Positions 7,489 to 15,998 of a stretch of 49,893 bases of DNA are shown here, piece after piece. Below the pieces are notes generated by a model, which was given only the letters and a program-made list of their open reading frames with translations, did no database searches and was not told where the DNA came from. The translations under genes were made by a program, and so were the position numbers. Position 1 is the stretch's first letter, and each line of letters starts with the position of its first letter. This stretch comes from a virus. Location: IMG/VR virus record IMGVR_UViG_3300028844_003870, one strand, 5' to 3'.

Positions 7489-7974
7489 ATGGCTGTTCAA
7501 ACTACCTACAGTGTATATCACGCTGAAAAATACGCGGGCGCAGTCAACTCTGTTAACCCATACGGTACAGTTTCAAAACTAAACGCAAGTGACGCAGTTG
7601 TTCCTTACGGTTACGGTGTTGTAACTGACGGCAACGGTGGCATGGAATTACCAAGTGCATCTTCTACTGCATTAGAGTTTATCGGTATTGCAATGCGTGA
7701 AGTAAATCGTGCATACGCAGACGGCGAAGCATTCGGCGATCCAATCGGTCGTGATGGTACAGTTGTTACATTCGGTAAAGTTGCAGGTGTTGCAGGCATG
7801 GCAGTTGCAGAAAGCGAACAAGTCTTCTTAGGTGTTGGTTCTGCTGTTGCAGGTAAATTTATGTCAGAAGCAGGTACAGGCACTAGTGCTGCAATCTCAA
7901 TCACTGGCGCTAAATTCCTAGAGTCTGGCGTTGAAGATGGCGCAGTCTGGATTTCATTAAGCATTGGAGGTTAA
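7489..7974 (+). CDS. head structural/decoration-like protein
   Basis: Gly/Ala-rich 161 aa between the scaffold-like gene and the major capsid gene; GGAGG RBS. Confidence 0.5.
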   Translation: MAVQTTYSVYHAEKYAGAVNSVNPYGTVSKLNASDAVVPYGYGVVTDGNGGMELPSASSTALEFIGIAMREVNRAYADGEAFGDPIGRDGTVVTFGKVAGVAGMAVAESEQVFLGVGSAVAGKFMSEAGTGTSAAISITGAKFLESGVEDGAVWISLSIGG

Positions 7975-7978
7975 TACC

Positions 7979-8983
7979 ATGCAAAAGAACTTAGTAACAA
8001 AAGCTGTTGATTCAGCAATTCAAGAAAAATATGGCCTTACGATGGATAGCGTTTCATTCAATCCTGCAATGAAAACTGTTGATGATGGTATTGCCTTTAC
8101 TATTTCACAACTTAGCTCTGTTGAAGCAAAAATCTACGAAACGAAATATCAAAGTATTCGCTTCCAAGAGTTTGTTGCTCTAGACTCAAGCGATCCAGAG
8201 TGGGTTGATAACGTTACTTACATTTCATACGACGCAGTAACAATGGGTAAATTCATTGGCGCTAATGGTAAAGATTTGCCAGAGTCAGATTTGAATGCAA
8301 GTAAATCAACTATCCCTGTTTTCTACGGTGGCCTAGCTTCTCGCTGGTCTCTTGATGAGCTTCGCAAGTCTCAAGCAATGAATATGCCTATTGGCTCAAT
8401 CAAGTCACAAATGAACTACCGTGGCTACCTTGAACACAAGCAGCAAGTTGCATACTTCGGTGACGCAGAACGCGGCGTGACTGGTTTATTCAATGGTTCA
8501 AACGTATCTGAAACAGTGGCAACGGGTTTTACTCCTGCAACTGCAACGGGTACTGAATGGGTTGATATGTTAAACAAGCAAATTGAACTTGTTTACACTT
8601 CATCTGCAAATGTTCACGTTCCAAATGTTCAATTAATCCCGCAAACACTTTGGGGTTTCTTGTTGAAGCCAATGAACGAATACACGAACAAAACAATCTA
8701 TGAATACTACATGGAAAATAACTACGCTAAATCATTAGGCGTAAACCTTGTTTTGACTCCTGTGTTCCAGTTAAACACTGCTGGCGTGAATTCTACAGGT
8801 CGCATTATGACTTATGAATTAACACCAGAAAACTTGACGATGAAAGATCCAATGCCTTACCGCACGATCGCTCCTCAACCAGAAGGTTTAACTATTAAAG
8901 TGCCTGCTGAATACAAGTTTGGAGGCGTTGAGTTCCGTTACCCAGGTTGTGCAATCTACACGGATATGCCTGGACTAGTTTAA
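7979..8983 (+). CDS. major capsid protein (DUF2184-like)
   Basis: ORF-track 7964-8983 trimmed to the ATG at 7979 (GGAGG 9 nt upstream); position after the scaffold; strong terminator immediately downstream. Confidence 0.7.
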   Translation: MQKNLVTKAVDSAIQEKYGLTMDSVSFNPAMKTVDDGIAFTISQLSSVEAKIYETKYQSIRFQEFVALDSSDPEWVDNVTYISYDAVTMGKFIGANGKDLPESDLNASKSTIPVFYGGLASRWSLDELRKSQAMNMPIGSIKSQMNYRGYLEHKQQVAYFGDAERGVTGLFNGSNVSETVATGFTPATATGTEWVDMLNKQIELVYTSSANVHVPNVQLIPQTLWGFLLKPMNEYTNKTIYEYYMENNYAKSLGVNLVLTPVFQLNTAGVNSTGRIMTYELTPENLTMKDPMPYRTIAPQPEGLTIKVPAEYKFGGVEFRYPGCAIYTDMPGLV

Positions 8984-9014
8984 TTTGCAAAGCTAGTCAT
9001 TAAGTAACATAATA

Positions 9015-9043
9015 AAGGTCACTATTTAGTGGCCTTATTTTTT
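9015..9043 (+). terminator. rho-independent terminator after capsid gene
   Basis: AAGGTCAC-TATTTA-GTGGCCTT followed by a T-run. Confidence 0.7.
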
Positions 9044-9054
9044 GGAGTGATAAA

Positions 9055-9372
9055 ATGAAAGTAGAAAATTTAAGCGCAAAGCGTTACTTTGTTCAATGTA
9101 AAGATGAGTTGTTTGATGTTTTACCTGCACAAGGCGCTGTTGATTTACCAAAAGGCGCAGACGTTGATTATCTAAAAGCGTTAGAGGCTCAGGGTAAAGT
9201 TCGACTATCTCAAATGGTTGAAGCAGAAGATGCAGTAATTATTGAAGATAAACCAGACTTGAGCGGATTACGTGCTGAGTATAAAGAGTTGTCAGGCAAA
9301 AAAGCAGACTCTCGATGGTCAGAAGCTAAGCTAAAAGAAAAAATTGCAGAAGTACCAACCGAAGAAGAATAA
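9055..9372 (+). CDS. hypothetical protein (105 aa, acidic)
   Basis: ORF track; GGAG RBS. Confidence 0.6.
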   Translation: MKVENLSAKRYFVQCKDELFDVLPAQGAVDLPKGADVDYLKALEAQGKVRLSQMVEAEDAVIIEDKPDLSGLRAEYKELSGKKADSRWSEAKLKEKIAEVPTEEE

Positions 9373-9377
9373 AAAAT

Positions 9378-9400
9378 AAAGCCTCGTTATGAGGCTTTTT
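9378..9400. terminator. bidirectional terminator
   Basis: AAAGCCTC-GTTAT-GAGGCTTT between convergent genes; overlaps the methylase stop codon. Confidence 0.7.
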
Positions 9401-10301
9401 CTATCCTTTCTTTAGCAATATTAAAATACCCTTCATCCATTTCAATGCCTATAAATGATCGGCTTAGGTTTTTAGCTGCTACGCCCGTGCTGCCACTACC
9501 CATAGTCATATCAACTATTAAGTTACCTTCGTTGCTAAATGTCTTTATTAAGTCCTCAAGCAATAAGACAGGCTTTTGCGTTGGGTGGTATCCGTCATAA
9601 TCTTTTTTGTATTTTAGAATGTTTGATTTGAACTTTGCACCTTCTGGTAGGTTAAATACACTGTTAAATACACTGTTAATTTCTGACAGTTCGTCAAATG
9701 ATTTAAACCACACCTCAGCGTCTATACTGTACTTATCGATAAGCGACTTGTAAGCCTGTTCCGTGCATAAGCCAAATTGAGACGACTGACTATTCGCCTC
9801 CATAAAATGCTGTAAAGCACCACTGCCAAATTCAAAATAAAACCTCGACCTACTGTAATTCGTAAAATCCTTTACTTTTAGCGCATAATCTCGCAAAGGA
9901 TGAAGCCCTAAGTGGTCGTGATTTTTACTAAAAACCAAAATATCTTCGTAATAATTTAAAGGTGCTTTTTTTGCTGTTAGAGCATTTGCAAAGTGATCTT
10001 TCTCCCAGATCATTGAATAACTAAACGGCAAGTTGGGAATTGCATTTGTAATTAACTCGGTTGTAAAAGGTTGTTGTGCAAATAAGCACATTTTCCCATT
10101 CTTTCGTAATATTCTGTTTGTTTCATTCATTATAGTGTTAGTATCAATAACAACGTCCCAATTACTAATTCCTAGCTTCCTCCCTCCGTCAGTGTTCATA
10201 GTCCCATATGGCAAATCGCAGACAATTAAATCAACACTACCGCTTTCTATTTCTTTCATTGCAATTAAGCAATCATCATTTATTAATTTTATTTCTTGCA
10301 T
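9387..10301 (-). CDS. DNA methyltransferase (N6-adenine or N4-cytosine, beta-class order)
   Basis: DLIVCDLPYG (motif IV, D-PPY-like) near the N-terminus; MTMGSGSTGVAA...IGIEMD (AdoMet motif I) near the C-terminus. Confidence 0.85.
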   Translation of the reverse strand: MQEIKLINDDCLIAMKEIESGSVDLIVCDLPYGTMNTDGGRKLGISNWDVVIDTNTIMNETNRILRKNGKMCLFAQQPFTTELITNAIPNLPFSYSMIWEKDHFANALTAKKAPLNYYEDILVFSKNHDHLGLHPLRDYALKVKDFTNYSRSRFYFEFGSGALQHFMEANSQSSQFGLCTEQAYKSLIDKYSIDAEVWFKSFDELSEINSVFNSVFNLPEGAKFKSNILKYKKDYDGYHPTQKPVLLLEDLIKTFSNEGNLIVDMTMGSGSTGVAAKNLSRSFIGIEMDEGYFNIAKERIEKAS

Positions 10302-10797
10302 TTATCTCTCTTCCTTTCGGTTCTTTATAGTGGCATGGCTTGCATAGAGTCAGTCCATTGGATATGTCAAGTCTTAACTCTTTATGTGTAGCAAACGGCT
10401 TAATGTGATGGGCCTCAATTATTACGGCGTTTCCAGTTGAACTCCTTGCGTTGCACTTTTGGCAAGTCCAATTATCTCTAGAGAAAACTTTTTCACGCCA
10501 ATCTTTGTATTCTGGGGATCTTCTTATTCTCGCATTCTCGCCGCTAATCCCACCCTTCCAGTTGGGGTTATTCTTGCCAGATCTATCATATACTGCTGAC
10601 TGGACTTTTTTCTTCCCTTTTTGGTGGGACTGGTAACAAATCTTAGAGCAAAATTTATTTTGACCTTTTTCTATCGCTGATTTTTTACGCCAAAACTCAC
10701 CACCGCAAACCAAGCAGTTAAATGCTCCTCCTGTCCTCAGTGATTCTGATATTCTCCTTTTCCTTGCTTCGTTATCTGAAAAAACACCCTTTGCCAT
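10276..10797 (-). CDS. HNH endonuclease with N-terminal zinc-finger-like region
   Basis: CLVCGG...CSKIC then RDNWTCQKC...EAHHIKPF...NGLTLCKPCH. Trimmed to the ATG preceded by GAAGGAG; overlaps the methylase start by 26 nt. Confidence 0.85.
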   Translation of the reverse strand: MAKGVFSDNEARKRRISESLRTGGAFNCLVCGGEFWRKKSAIEKGQNKFCSKICYQSHQKGKKKVQSAVYDRSGKNNPNWKGGISGENARIRRSPEYKDWREKVFSRDNWTCQKCNARSSTGNAVIIEAHHIKPFATHKELRLDISNGLTLCKPCHYKEPKGREINARNKINK

Positions 10798-10932
10798 AAC
10801 AGCTCCTTCATTTTTAAGATTCATGCGCATTGTAACATTGATTTGATTTACTCTCTATGCAGTCGCCCAACATTAAATTTATCATCTTTCACCTCTTCAT
10901 TTAAGTTGCACTAACCATACCCCACAACAAAA

Positions 10933-10956
10933 TGCTATACTGTTAACTGTGTCACA
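10933..10956 (+). promoter_or_regulatory. extended -10-like TGCTATACT plus TGTTA-N6-TCACA dyad
   Basis: TGCTATACT 10933-10941; dyad 10941-10956; 13-mer GTCACACTTTAGG (10951-10963) recurs at 44796-44808. Confidence 0.5.
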
Positions 10957-10970
10957 CTTTAGGAATTACC

Positions 10971-11402
10971 ATGGCAAATTACACAACAATTAATGATGAG
11001 GTTATTGCTTTGTTTCGATCAGAAATGGCGGCTTTTACTGATGAATCAGCGTGGCCTGATGATATCGTCGAGCAAGCTTTATGTGAAGCAGATAGCGAAA
11101 CAGGCAGTAGAGGTTGGGGAAAGTTTAAAGCTGAATGTCGAAACTTTAAAAAGCGCGGTATGTTTTATTATGCGGCTCATTGGTTGGCTACTACTTATGT
11201 AGATCAAACTGCTGCAGACGCCTCCAATGTATCACCTAGCGCACGTTTAAATGTAGCGAGTAAATCAGTAGGGGATGAAAGCGTAACCTATAGAGTAGGG
11301 GCAATCCAAAGCACCGAGGACGACTATCTTTCATTAACAAACTACGGTGTCCAGTATTTGCGACTTCGCAAGCGCGCTGCAATGGGAGCTAGGATCGCAT
11401 GA
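10971..11402 (+). CDS. head-tail connector/adaptor-like protein
   Basis: First gene after the head block; size and position typical (DUF4054-like by recollection). Confidence 0.5.
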   Translation: MANYTTINDEVIALFRSEMAAFTDESAWPDDIVEQALCEADSETGSRGWGKFKAECRNFKKRGMFYYAAHWLATTYVDQTAADASNVSPSARLNVASKSVGDESVTYRVGAIQSTEDDYLSLTNYGVQYLRLRKRAAMGARIA

Positions 11403-11992
11403 TAAACGTATCAGTAACAGGATTACAAGAAGCACAAAGCGCACTAAGAAAAGAAATAGAGAAGCTTGTTGCTGATAAAAAATCTGTACTGGTTGGTATT
11501 CATGATGACGCTGGAGACGTTGATGGCGGCGACCTGACCATGGCAAAGCTAGGCGCTATACTTCACTTCGGAGCTGACATCGATCACCCGGGCGGCACGT
11601 CATACGGATATAAAACAAAAAAAGACCAAGAAACAGGGCGGGTATCATTCCTTAAAAAAGGGGCTGGTGTTCTTGAGATTGGCGTCACCAAACCTCATAA
11701 AATAAAAATACCTCCTAGACCTTGGCTTGATGTTGGGGTTAAAACTGGCGTGAAAGATTACGTTAGCATATTAAAAGATAACGGTGACGATTTAGATAAT
11801 GCGCTTAATTTAATTGGACTAACTGCAGTGGGAAAGGTTCAGCAATATATGACCGAGCTGAAGTCGCCCCCTAATGCAAAGAGCACGATAAGAAAGAAAA
11901 AATCGGCAAATCCTCTTATTAATAATGGCGCATTACGTCAATCAGTTACATATTCAATCACTAGCGAAGAAGTTAGAGAGGGGCTAGAATAA
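11399..11992 (+). CDS. neck/head-completion protein (putative)
   Basis: ATGA overlap with the upstream gene; position in the neck module. Confidence 0.5.
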   Translation: MINVSVTGLQEAQSALRKEIEKLVADKKSVLVGIHDDAGDVDGGDLTMAKLGAILHFGADIDHPGGTSYGYKTKKDQETGRVSFLKKGAGVLEIGVTKPHKIKIPPRPWLDVGVKTGVKDYVSILKDNGDDLDNALNLIGLTAVGKVQQYMTELKSPPNAKSTIRKKKSANPLINNGALRQSVTYSITSEEVREGLE

Positions 11993-12378
11993 TGGCTAGA
12001 CTAACAAGTATAGACATGGGTGGTCACATTGATGACGTTTTCCAGTCTGGAACAGGATTTCGTATAGCTAAATCGGGGGGCGGTTATGTATCTGGGATTT
12101 GGGAGGATGGCATTGAAACAGTCACGCCGCACAAAATAAACATCCAACCACTCAACCAGAAAGATATTAACTTCTTGCAATTAGGCGGTGAACGCATACA
12201 GGACACGCGAAAGATTTATGTGAACGATGGTGTTAGCCCGTCCATTAGCGAGGCTGATACGTGGACTTTGGTTGATGTAAACGGAAATTTAATTAACGGC
12301 ACGTTTAAGGTATATAGCTTAGACAATAGGCCGTGGCGAAACTACTGCCGATTTTATGCAGTGAGGTTAGATGTATGA
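11992..12378 (+). CDS. neck protein (putative)
   Basis: Start overlaps the upstream stop; position only. Confidence 0.5.
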   Translation: MARLTSIDMGGHIDDVFQSGTGFRIAKSGGGYVSGIWEDGIETVTPHKINIQPLNQKDINFLQLGGERIQDTRKIYVNDGVSPSISEADTWTLVDVNGNLINGTFKVYSLDNRPWRNYCRFYAVRLDV

Positions 12379-12977
12379 CACGCGAAGAATTATTTGAAAT
12401 TATGCGCCCTATCGTTATTGCAAAAACGGGCGTAACAGAATGCATATTGGCTGATCCAAATGCTACAGCTCCAAGTGGTGATTATGCTGCAATAGAGCCT
12501 TTTTCTAACATTAGCGAAGTCGGCACGGGCGGAACATCACAAGAAATTATTAATGCGACTGATGGCAGTGGATATAAAGATATTGAAGTGACCGTTAGAT
12601 CTAGCCAAGAAGTTACAGTGTCAGTTAATTTCTATCGTGGAGACGCAAGAAACTACGCATCAAAACTTATGCAAGCGGATAAATTCCCATCTACTCATGA
12701 AACCATGCTTATAAATGGTCTAGGCTGGATGCGTACTAGCGAGGTTAATAATTTAACAGCACTAAATCAGGGCAGACAAGAACCTCGGTCACAAATTTAT
12801 ATTTACTTGCGCAGGATGGAAGTTGCAAAAGAAGCGGTTAATCAAATCTACAGTGTTGAAGCTATTCTTTATGACGAGTTTGGAAGAGTGGTAAGCGAGG
12901 TTGGAACTACAGCATGCAATGCCGATACAAACGATCTCGAACAGGCAGTTCAAAACTATGCTAATTCAACGAAATAA
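12375..12977 (+). CDS. tail-completion/terminator-like protein (putative)
   Basis: ORF-track 12333-12977 trimmed to the ATG at 12375 (ATGA overlap); lies just before the sheath gene. Confidence 0.5.
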   Translation: MTREELFEIMRPIVIAKTGVTECILADPNATAPSGDYAAIEPFSNISEVGTGGTSQEIINATDGSGYKDIEVTVRSSQEVTVSVNFYRGDARNYASKLMQADKFPSTHETMLINGLGWMRTSEVNNLTALNQGRQEPRSQIYIYLRRMEVAKEAVNQIYSVEAILYDEFGRVVSEVGTTACNADTNDLEQAVQNYANSTK

Positions 12978-12991
12978 GGTAATATACAAGG

Positions 12992-13007
12992 TGTGATACA
13001 CTTCACA
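12992..13007. promoter_or_regulatory. perfect TGTGA-N6-TCACA dyad
   Basis: TGTGATACACTTCACA, 29 nt upstream of the sheath ATG. Confidence 0.55.
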
Positions 13008-13010
13008 CTT

Positions 13011-13024
13011 TTGATTGCAATCAA
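13011..13024. promoter_or_regulatory. perfect 14-bp palindrome TTGATTGCAATCAA
   Basis: Self-complementary when read on both strands; sits between the dyad and the sheath RBS. Confidence 0.5.
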
Positions 13025-13036
13025 TAGGAAAATACT

Positions 13037-14185
13037 ATGTCATTAGATATTAGCGAAATCATTCGCTTAACAAGTACAATCAGCTCCGCTGGACTGGGTA
13101 CGGCTAACTTTGGGAGTGGTATGTTCTTCTGCCCTCAAAGCGAAATGCCCGCAGGAGAGTCAGTTGATACGTACAAAACTTACAACCTAACAAGCGCAAA
13201 ATCCGCATTTGCTTCTGATTCAGAATCTTATGATGCCATTGTTAATCATTGGTTTACATCATCACCAAGCGGCCAATCAACTATTAAAGTTTGGTTTGTT
13301 AACAGCACAGATGCAAGTTTAACAGAGACTCTAAACAAAGCCCGCAACGCTACGTGGTGGTTTGTTTCAATGTTTGATGCTGATACTTATGCAGTGCAAG
13401 ATGACGTGCTAGAGATAGCTATTTGGTGTCTTGCAAACGAGTCTTACTTCCCAAACTGTCAAACAGGCGCTTCTGCTGCGGCAATTCGTGATGAAAATGA
13501 CGACACTGACATTGCGAGCTTGCTTGATGCTACGGGTAACCGATGGGCGCACACCATTGCACATGCAACTGACCCTTATGCAGGTATTGCACTAATGAAG
13601 TGGTATGTTCGCGTAGACTACTCGGGCACCAATACAACTATCACGGGTAACTTAAAAACTACTCCTGGTGTTGTATCTGAAGATTTAGATGCATCTGCTT
13701 ATGCTGCAATGAACGCTAAAAACGTAACATACTACACAACCGTTGCAACTAAAGGCGAGGAAGATGCCGGAAACTGGATTGTCAATAAAACTCATAGCTC
13801 ATTTGGTGAATATCCAGACGGCATTTTTGATATTGCTGCAATGTCAAACGCAGTTGAAGTTTACGCGTATAATTTCTTGCGCGGTCAAACAACTAAGGCG
13901 CCTCAAACAACTAAAGGCCAAGCAGGTTTATTACGTGCAGTAGAGCAAGCAGGAATCCAATTCTTTAACAATGGTTACCTTGGCGAGCGTGAATATGTTG
14001 ATCCAGATGATGGCCAAACAAAATACACGCGAACAGGTTTTGTTATGCTATCAACACCAGAAGATATCTTGTCTATCTCAGCGGTTGATCGAGCAGCTCG
14101 TAAATCAGCACAAATTCGTTATCGTTTATACCCTGCTGGAGCAATTCAGTTCGTGGAAATCGATCAAACAATTTACAACCAATAA
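13037..14185 (+). CDS. tail sheath protein (putative)
   Basis: 382 aa followed in order by a 136-aa tube-like gene, a frameshifted chaperone and the tape measure; DUF3383-like by recollection. Confidence 0.65.
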   Translation: MSLDISEIIRLTSTISSAGLGTANFGSGMFFCPQSEMPAGESVDTYKTYNLTSAKSAFASDSESYDAIVNHWFTSSPSGQSTIKVWFVNSTDASLTETLNKARNATWWFVSMFDADTYAVQDDVLEIAIWCLANESYFPNCQTGASAAAIRDENDDTDIASLLDATGNRWAHTIAHATDPYAGIALMKWYVRVDYSGTNTTITGNLKTTPGVVSEDLDASAYAAMNAKNVTYYTTVATKGEEDAGNWIVNKTHSSFGEYPDGIFDIAAMSNAVEVYAYNFLRGQTTKAPQTTKGQAGLLRAVEQAGIQFFNNGYLGEREYVDPDDGQTKYTRTGFVMLSTPEDILSISAVDRAARKSAQIRYRLYPAGAIQFVEIDQTIYNQ

Positions 14186-14195
14186 GGTGAAATAG

Positions 14196-14606
14196 ATGAA
14201 TAACTTTTCTCCAAGCAATACAGACTTTCGAATTAATGGTCGAGAGTTAACAAGCTGGGGCACGGGTTCGCCACCATTAAAAATAGAACCTATCGACCAA
14301 AGCGGCACGTTAATTCGTGGTGAAGGCGGCGGCGCATTGGCACTTTATCGTGACAACCCGGGTTACCGTGTAACAGTGAGCTTGTTACCGGGCACTGCAG
14401 ATAGTGGCTACCTATCTGGATTAAAAAACAGTCGAGCTAATTTAACGTTTTCACATACAGTGATCGGGACTTTAGAAGCGGGTGCGGGTGCTGAGGGTAT
14501 ATTTGTTAATGTAGGTGCTATGGATAGATCTGGAACAACTTCTGTTTCTGATGACGTTTACATCATGGAGTTTAACACCGCTGATTTAAGTAAAGGCGGC
14601 GCTTAA
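14196..14606 (+). CDS. tail tube protein (putative)
   Basis: Size and position directly after the sheath gene. Confidence 0.6.
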   Translation: MNNFSPSNTDFRINGRELTSWGTGSPPLKIEPIDQSGTLIRGEGGGALALYRDNPGYRVTVSLLPGTADSGYLSGLKNSRANLTFSHTVIGTLEAGAGAEGIFVNVGAMDRSGTTSVSDDVYIMEFNTADLSKGGA

Positions 14607-14611
14607 ATAAT

Positions 14612-14639
14612 AAAGCCCTCGTAATTGAGGGCTTTTTTT
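14612..14639. terminator. bidirectional terminator
   Basis: AAAGCCCTC-GTAATT-GAGGGCTTT followed by a T-run; convergent junction. Confidence 0.75.
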
Positions 14640-14844
14640 ATTGCTCTTCTAGATATATGCGCACCGAGTTAAACGCCTCTCCGCTTATCTCCACCCTTCC
14701 ATTTTTAGTTATAAGATCTTGCATTAAATCCTTCTTTTTTATGGCATAATCCTTGTTATAAGTAACCATAATATCCATTCTATTTAGAAGACCATAAGAA
14801 GACCAATCTTCAACCTTTACCACGTAGGCGTAATTATTTATCAT
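14638..14844 (-). CDS. hypothetical protein (68 aa)
   Basis: ORF track; overlaps the upstream Imm-like gene by 11 nt. Confidence 0.55.
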   Translation of the reverse strand: MINNYAYVVKVEDWSSYGLLNRMDIMVTYNKDYAIKKKDLMQDLITKNGRVEISGEAFNSVRIYLEEQ

Positions 14845-15019
14845 CCATTACACTCCAAACCAAAGCAATAAACCAAGGGATAATTGTAAAAAATCCGATG
14901 ATGTTGCAGATCATAATTGGCAATAAGTTTCTGTGATTGCGCTTACTTGCAATAATTGAAGGTAAAAACGCAATCCAAATGCCAATCGCTAAAAAAACTA
15001 AAAATATTAAAAATTCCAT
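14834..15019 (-). CDS. superinfection-immunity (Imm-family-like) membrane protein
   Basis: Two TM helices with FLPSIIASKRNHRN...FFTIIPWFIALVWSV, matching the Imm-type motif as I recall it. Confidence 0.65.
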   Translation of the reverse strand: MEFLIFLVFLAIGIWIAFLPSIIASKRNHRNLLPIMICNIIGFFTIIPWFIALVWSVMDDK

Positions 15020-15078
15020 AATGTTTCTCTCTCTTGATTTAAGTTGTGTTTACTATAGACTTATAAAACAAACAATAC

Positions 15079-15094
15079 CGTGACGGTTATCACA
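15079..15094. promoter_or_regulatory. CGTGA-N6-TCACA dyad plus extra ATCACA half-site
   Basis: CGTGACGGTTATCACA with ATCACA again at 15097-15102; 23 nt upstream of the 15118 ATG. Confidence 0.5.
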
Positions 15095-15117
15095 TTATCA
15101 CACAAGAGGTCTAAATA

Positions 15118-15513
15118 ATGTCAGTTAAACAAGTAAGCATCAACGGAACAAGTTATAACATTGCACAAGTTAACGCTGAAATTCAAAGCGATATGCTTGA
15201 TGATTTATATCAGCTAACTATTACAGCATTTAAATTTACAGACGATACAGAAATCAAGCCTCAAGAATTAAGCGACTTAATCGGCTGTTATGCGTCACAA
15301 GGGAAAAAAGAAGTTGCTAAGCGTTTGCGCAAGAACTCTATTTTAAAAACAGTTAAAAGCGGTGAAGATCGACCAGTTGATATTATGGACTTTGGCGGTC
15401 AGATTGACAGCTATAACTTACTAACTGCTCATGCGATTATGGAGAACCTATCTGATTTTTTTACGCGATTGGGCAAAGAAAGAGCCGCCCGACTCAGCAA
15501 TCAAGTGGAGTAA
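15118..15513 (+). CDS. tail assembly chaperone (short form)
   Basis: Position between the tube and tape measure genes; contains a slippery T7 run. Confidence 0.65.
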   Translation: MSVKQVSINGTSYNIAQVNAEIQSDMLDDLYQLTITAFKFTDDTEIKPQELSDLIGCYASQGKKEVAKRLRKNSILKTVKSGEDRPVDIMDFGGQIDSYNLLTAHAIMENLSDFFTRLGKERAARLSNQVE

Positions 15514-15695
15514 AGGGCGGAGTCAACTGGTATTTCATGAGGTGCTGTGTAGGGATTCCTGATGTGTGCCCGCCTTTGTGCTCAATGAATGAGATTAAAG
15601 ACGGTACATATACATTAGCAGATATAGAGCGTATGAATCAAACAATGCTTGAGGCACTAGATGCGCACAAGCAGGCGATGGAAAGCTCTAAATAA
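15118..15695 (+). CDS. tail assembly chaperone, -1 frameshift-extended form (join 15118..15462,15462..15695)
   Basis: Conserved G/GT-type arrangement in tailed phages. The extension ...MNEIKDGTYTLADIERMNQTMLEALDAHKQAMESSK ends just before the terminator. Confidence 0.55.
15456..15462 (+). promoter_or_regulatory. -1 programmed frameshift slippery heptamer T_TTT_TTT
   Basis: In zero frame as GAT TTT TTT ACG. I translated the -1 frame codon by codon and it is open from here to TAA 15693-15695. Confidence 0.6.
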
Positions 15696-15696
15696 A

Positions 15697-15909
15697 TTAA
15701 GCCTCTTTATGGGGCTTTGTTTTTTTGCAATAAATCCACTTGCCTCGACCAATTAAAAAAGCGCACGGCATATCCCAGTTTGGTGGTATTATTTCGACAA
15801 TATTCCCATAATCATTTGTTACAAACTCATCATCAATAAGTTTGTAAGCTTTTCCTTTGGTTAGGCTAGGAACCCTGCTTTCACATTCAAATTTTACATA
15901 TACATCCAT
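15697..15909 (-). CDS. hypothetical protein (70 aa)
   Basis: ORF track; AAGGAAG RBS. Confidence 0.55.
   Translation of the reverse strand: MDVYVKFECESRVPSLTKGKAYKLIDDEFVTNDYGNIVEIIPPNWDMPCAFLIGRGKWIYCKKTKPHKEA
15699..15727. terminator. bidirectional terminator
   Basis: GCCTC-TTTAT-GGGGC followed by a T-run; overlaps the 3' end of the minus-strand 15697-15909 gene. Confidence 0.65.
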
Positions 15910-15998
15910 TTCACTTCCTTAGTTATCGTTAAATTCACAGCGATTATAAACCATGCTATTATACAAACAGTGATACAACTCTCATTTTTAGGATTCTC
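15910..15998. repeat. divergent intergenic cassette, copy 1 (homologous to 17995-18084)
   Basis: Identical 16-mer GTTATCGTTAAATTCA (15922-15937 and 18001-18016); shared ATTATA..AACC; extended -10-like TGCTATTAT; AGTGA-N6-TCTCA (15969-15984); AGGATT RBS. Confidence 0.7.

Noticed and set aside
7611-7964. Antisense or alternative-frame ORFs inside clear structural or enzyme genes (e.g. 7611-7964, 6921-7115, 10033-10347, 16313-16573, 17413-17703, 17730-18011, 20386-20673, 23321-23545, 26701-26949, 33479-33769, 39313-39582, 40743-41048)
   Set aside because: Each lies wholly within a longer ORF with recognisable motifs or module context on the other strand or frame, and lacks an RBS. These are typical shadow ORFs.
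11056-11062. CTGATGA hammerhead-core-like heptamer
   Set aside because: It is inside the 10971-11402 CDS, with no flanking helices or a properly placed GAAA. Best explained as a chance occurrence.
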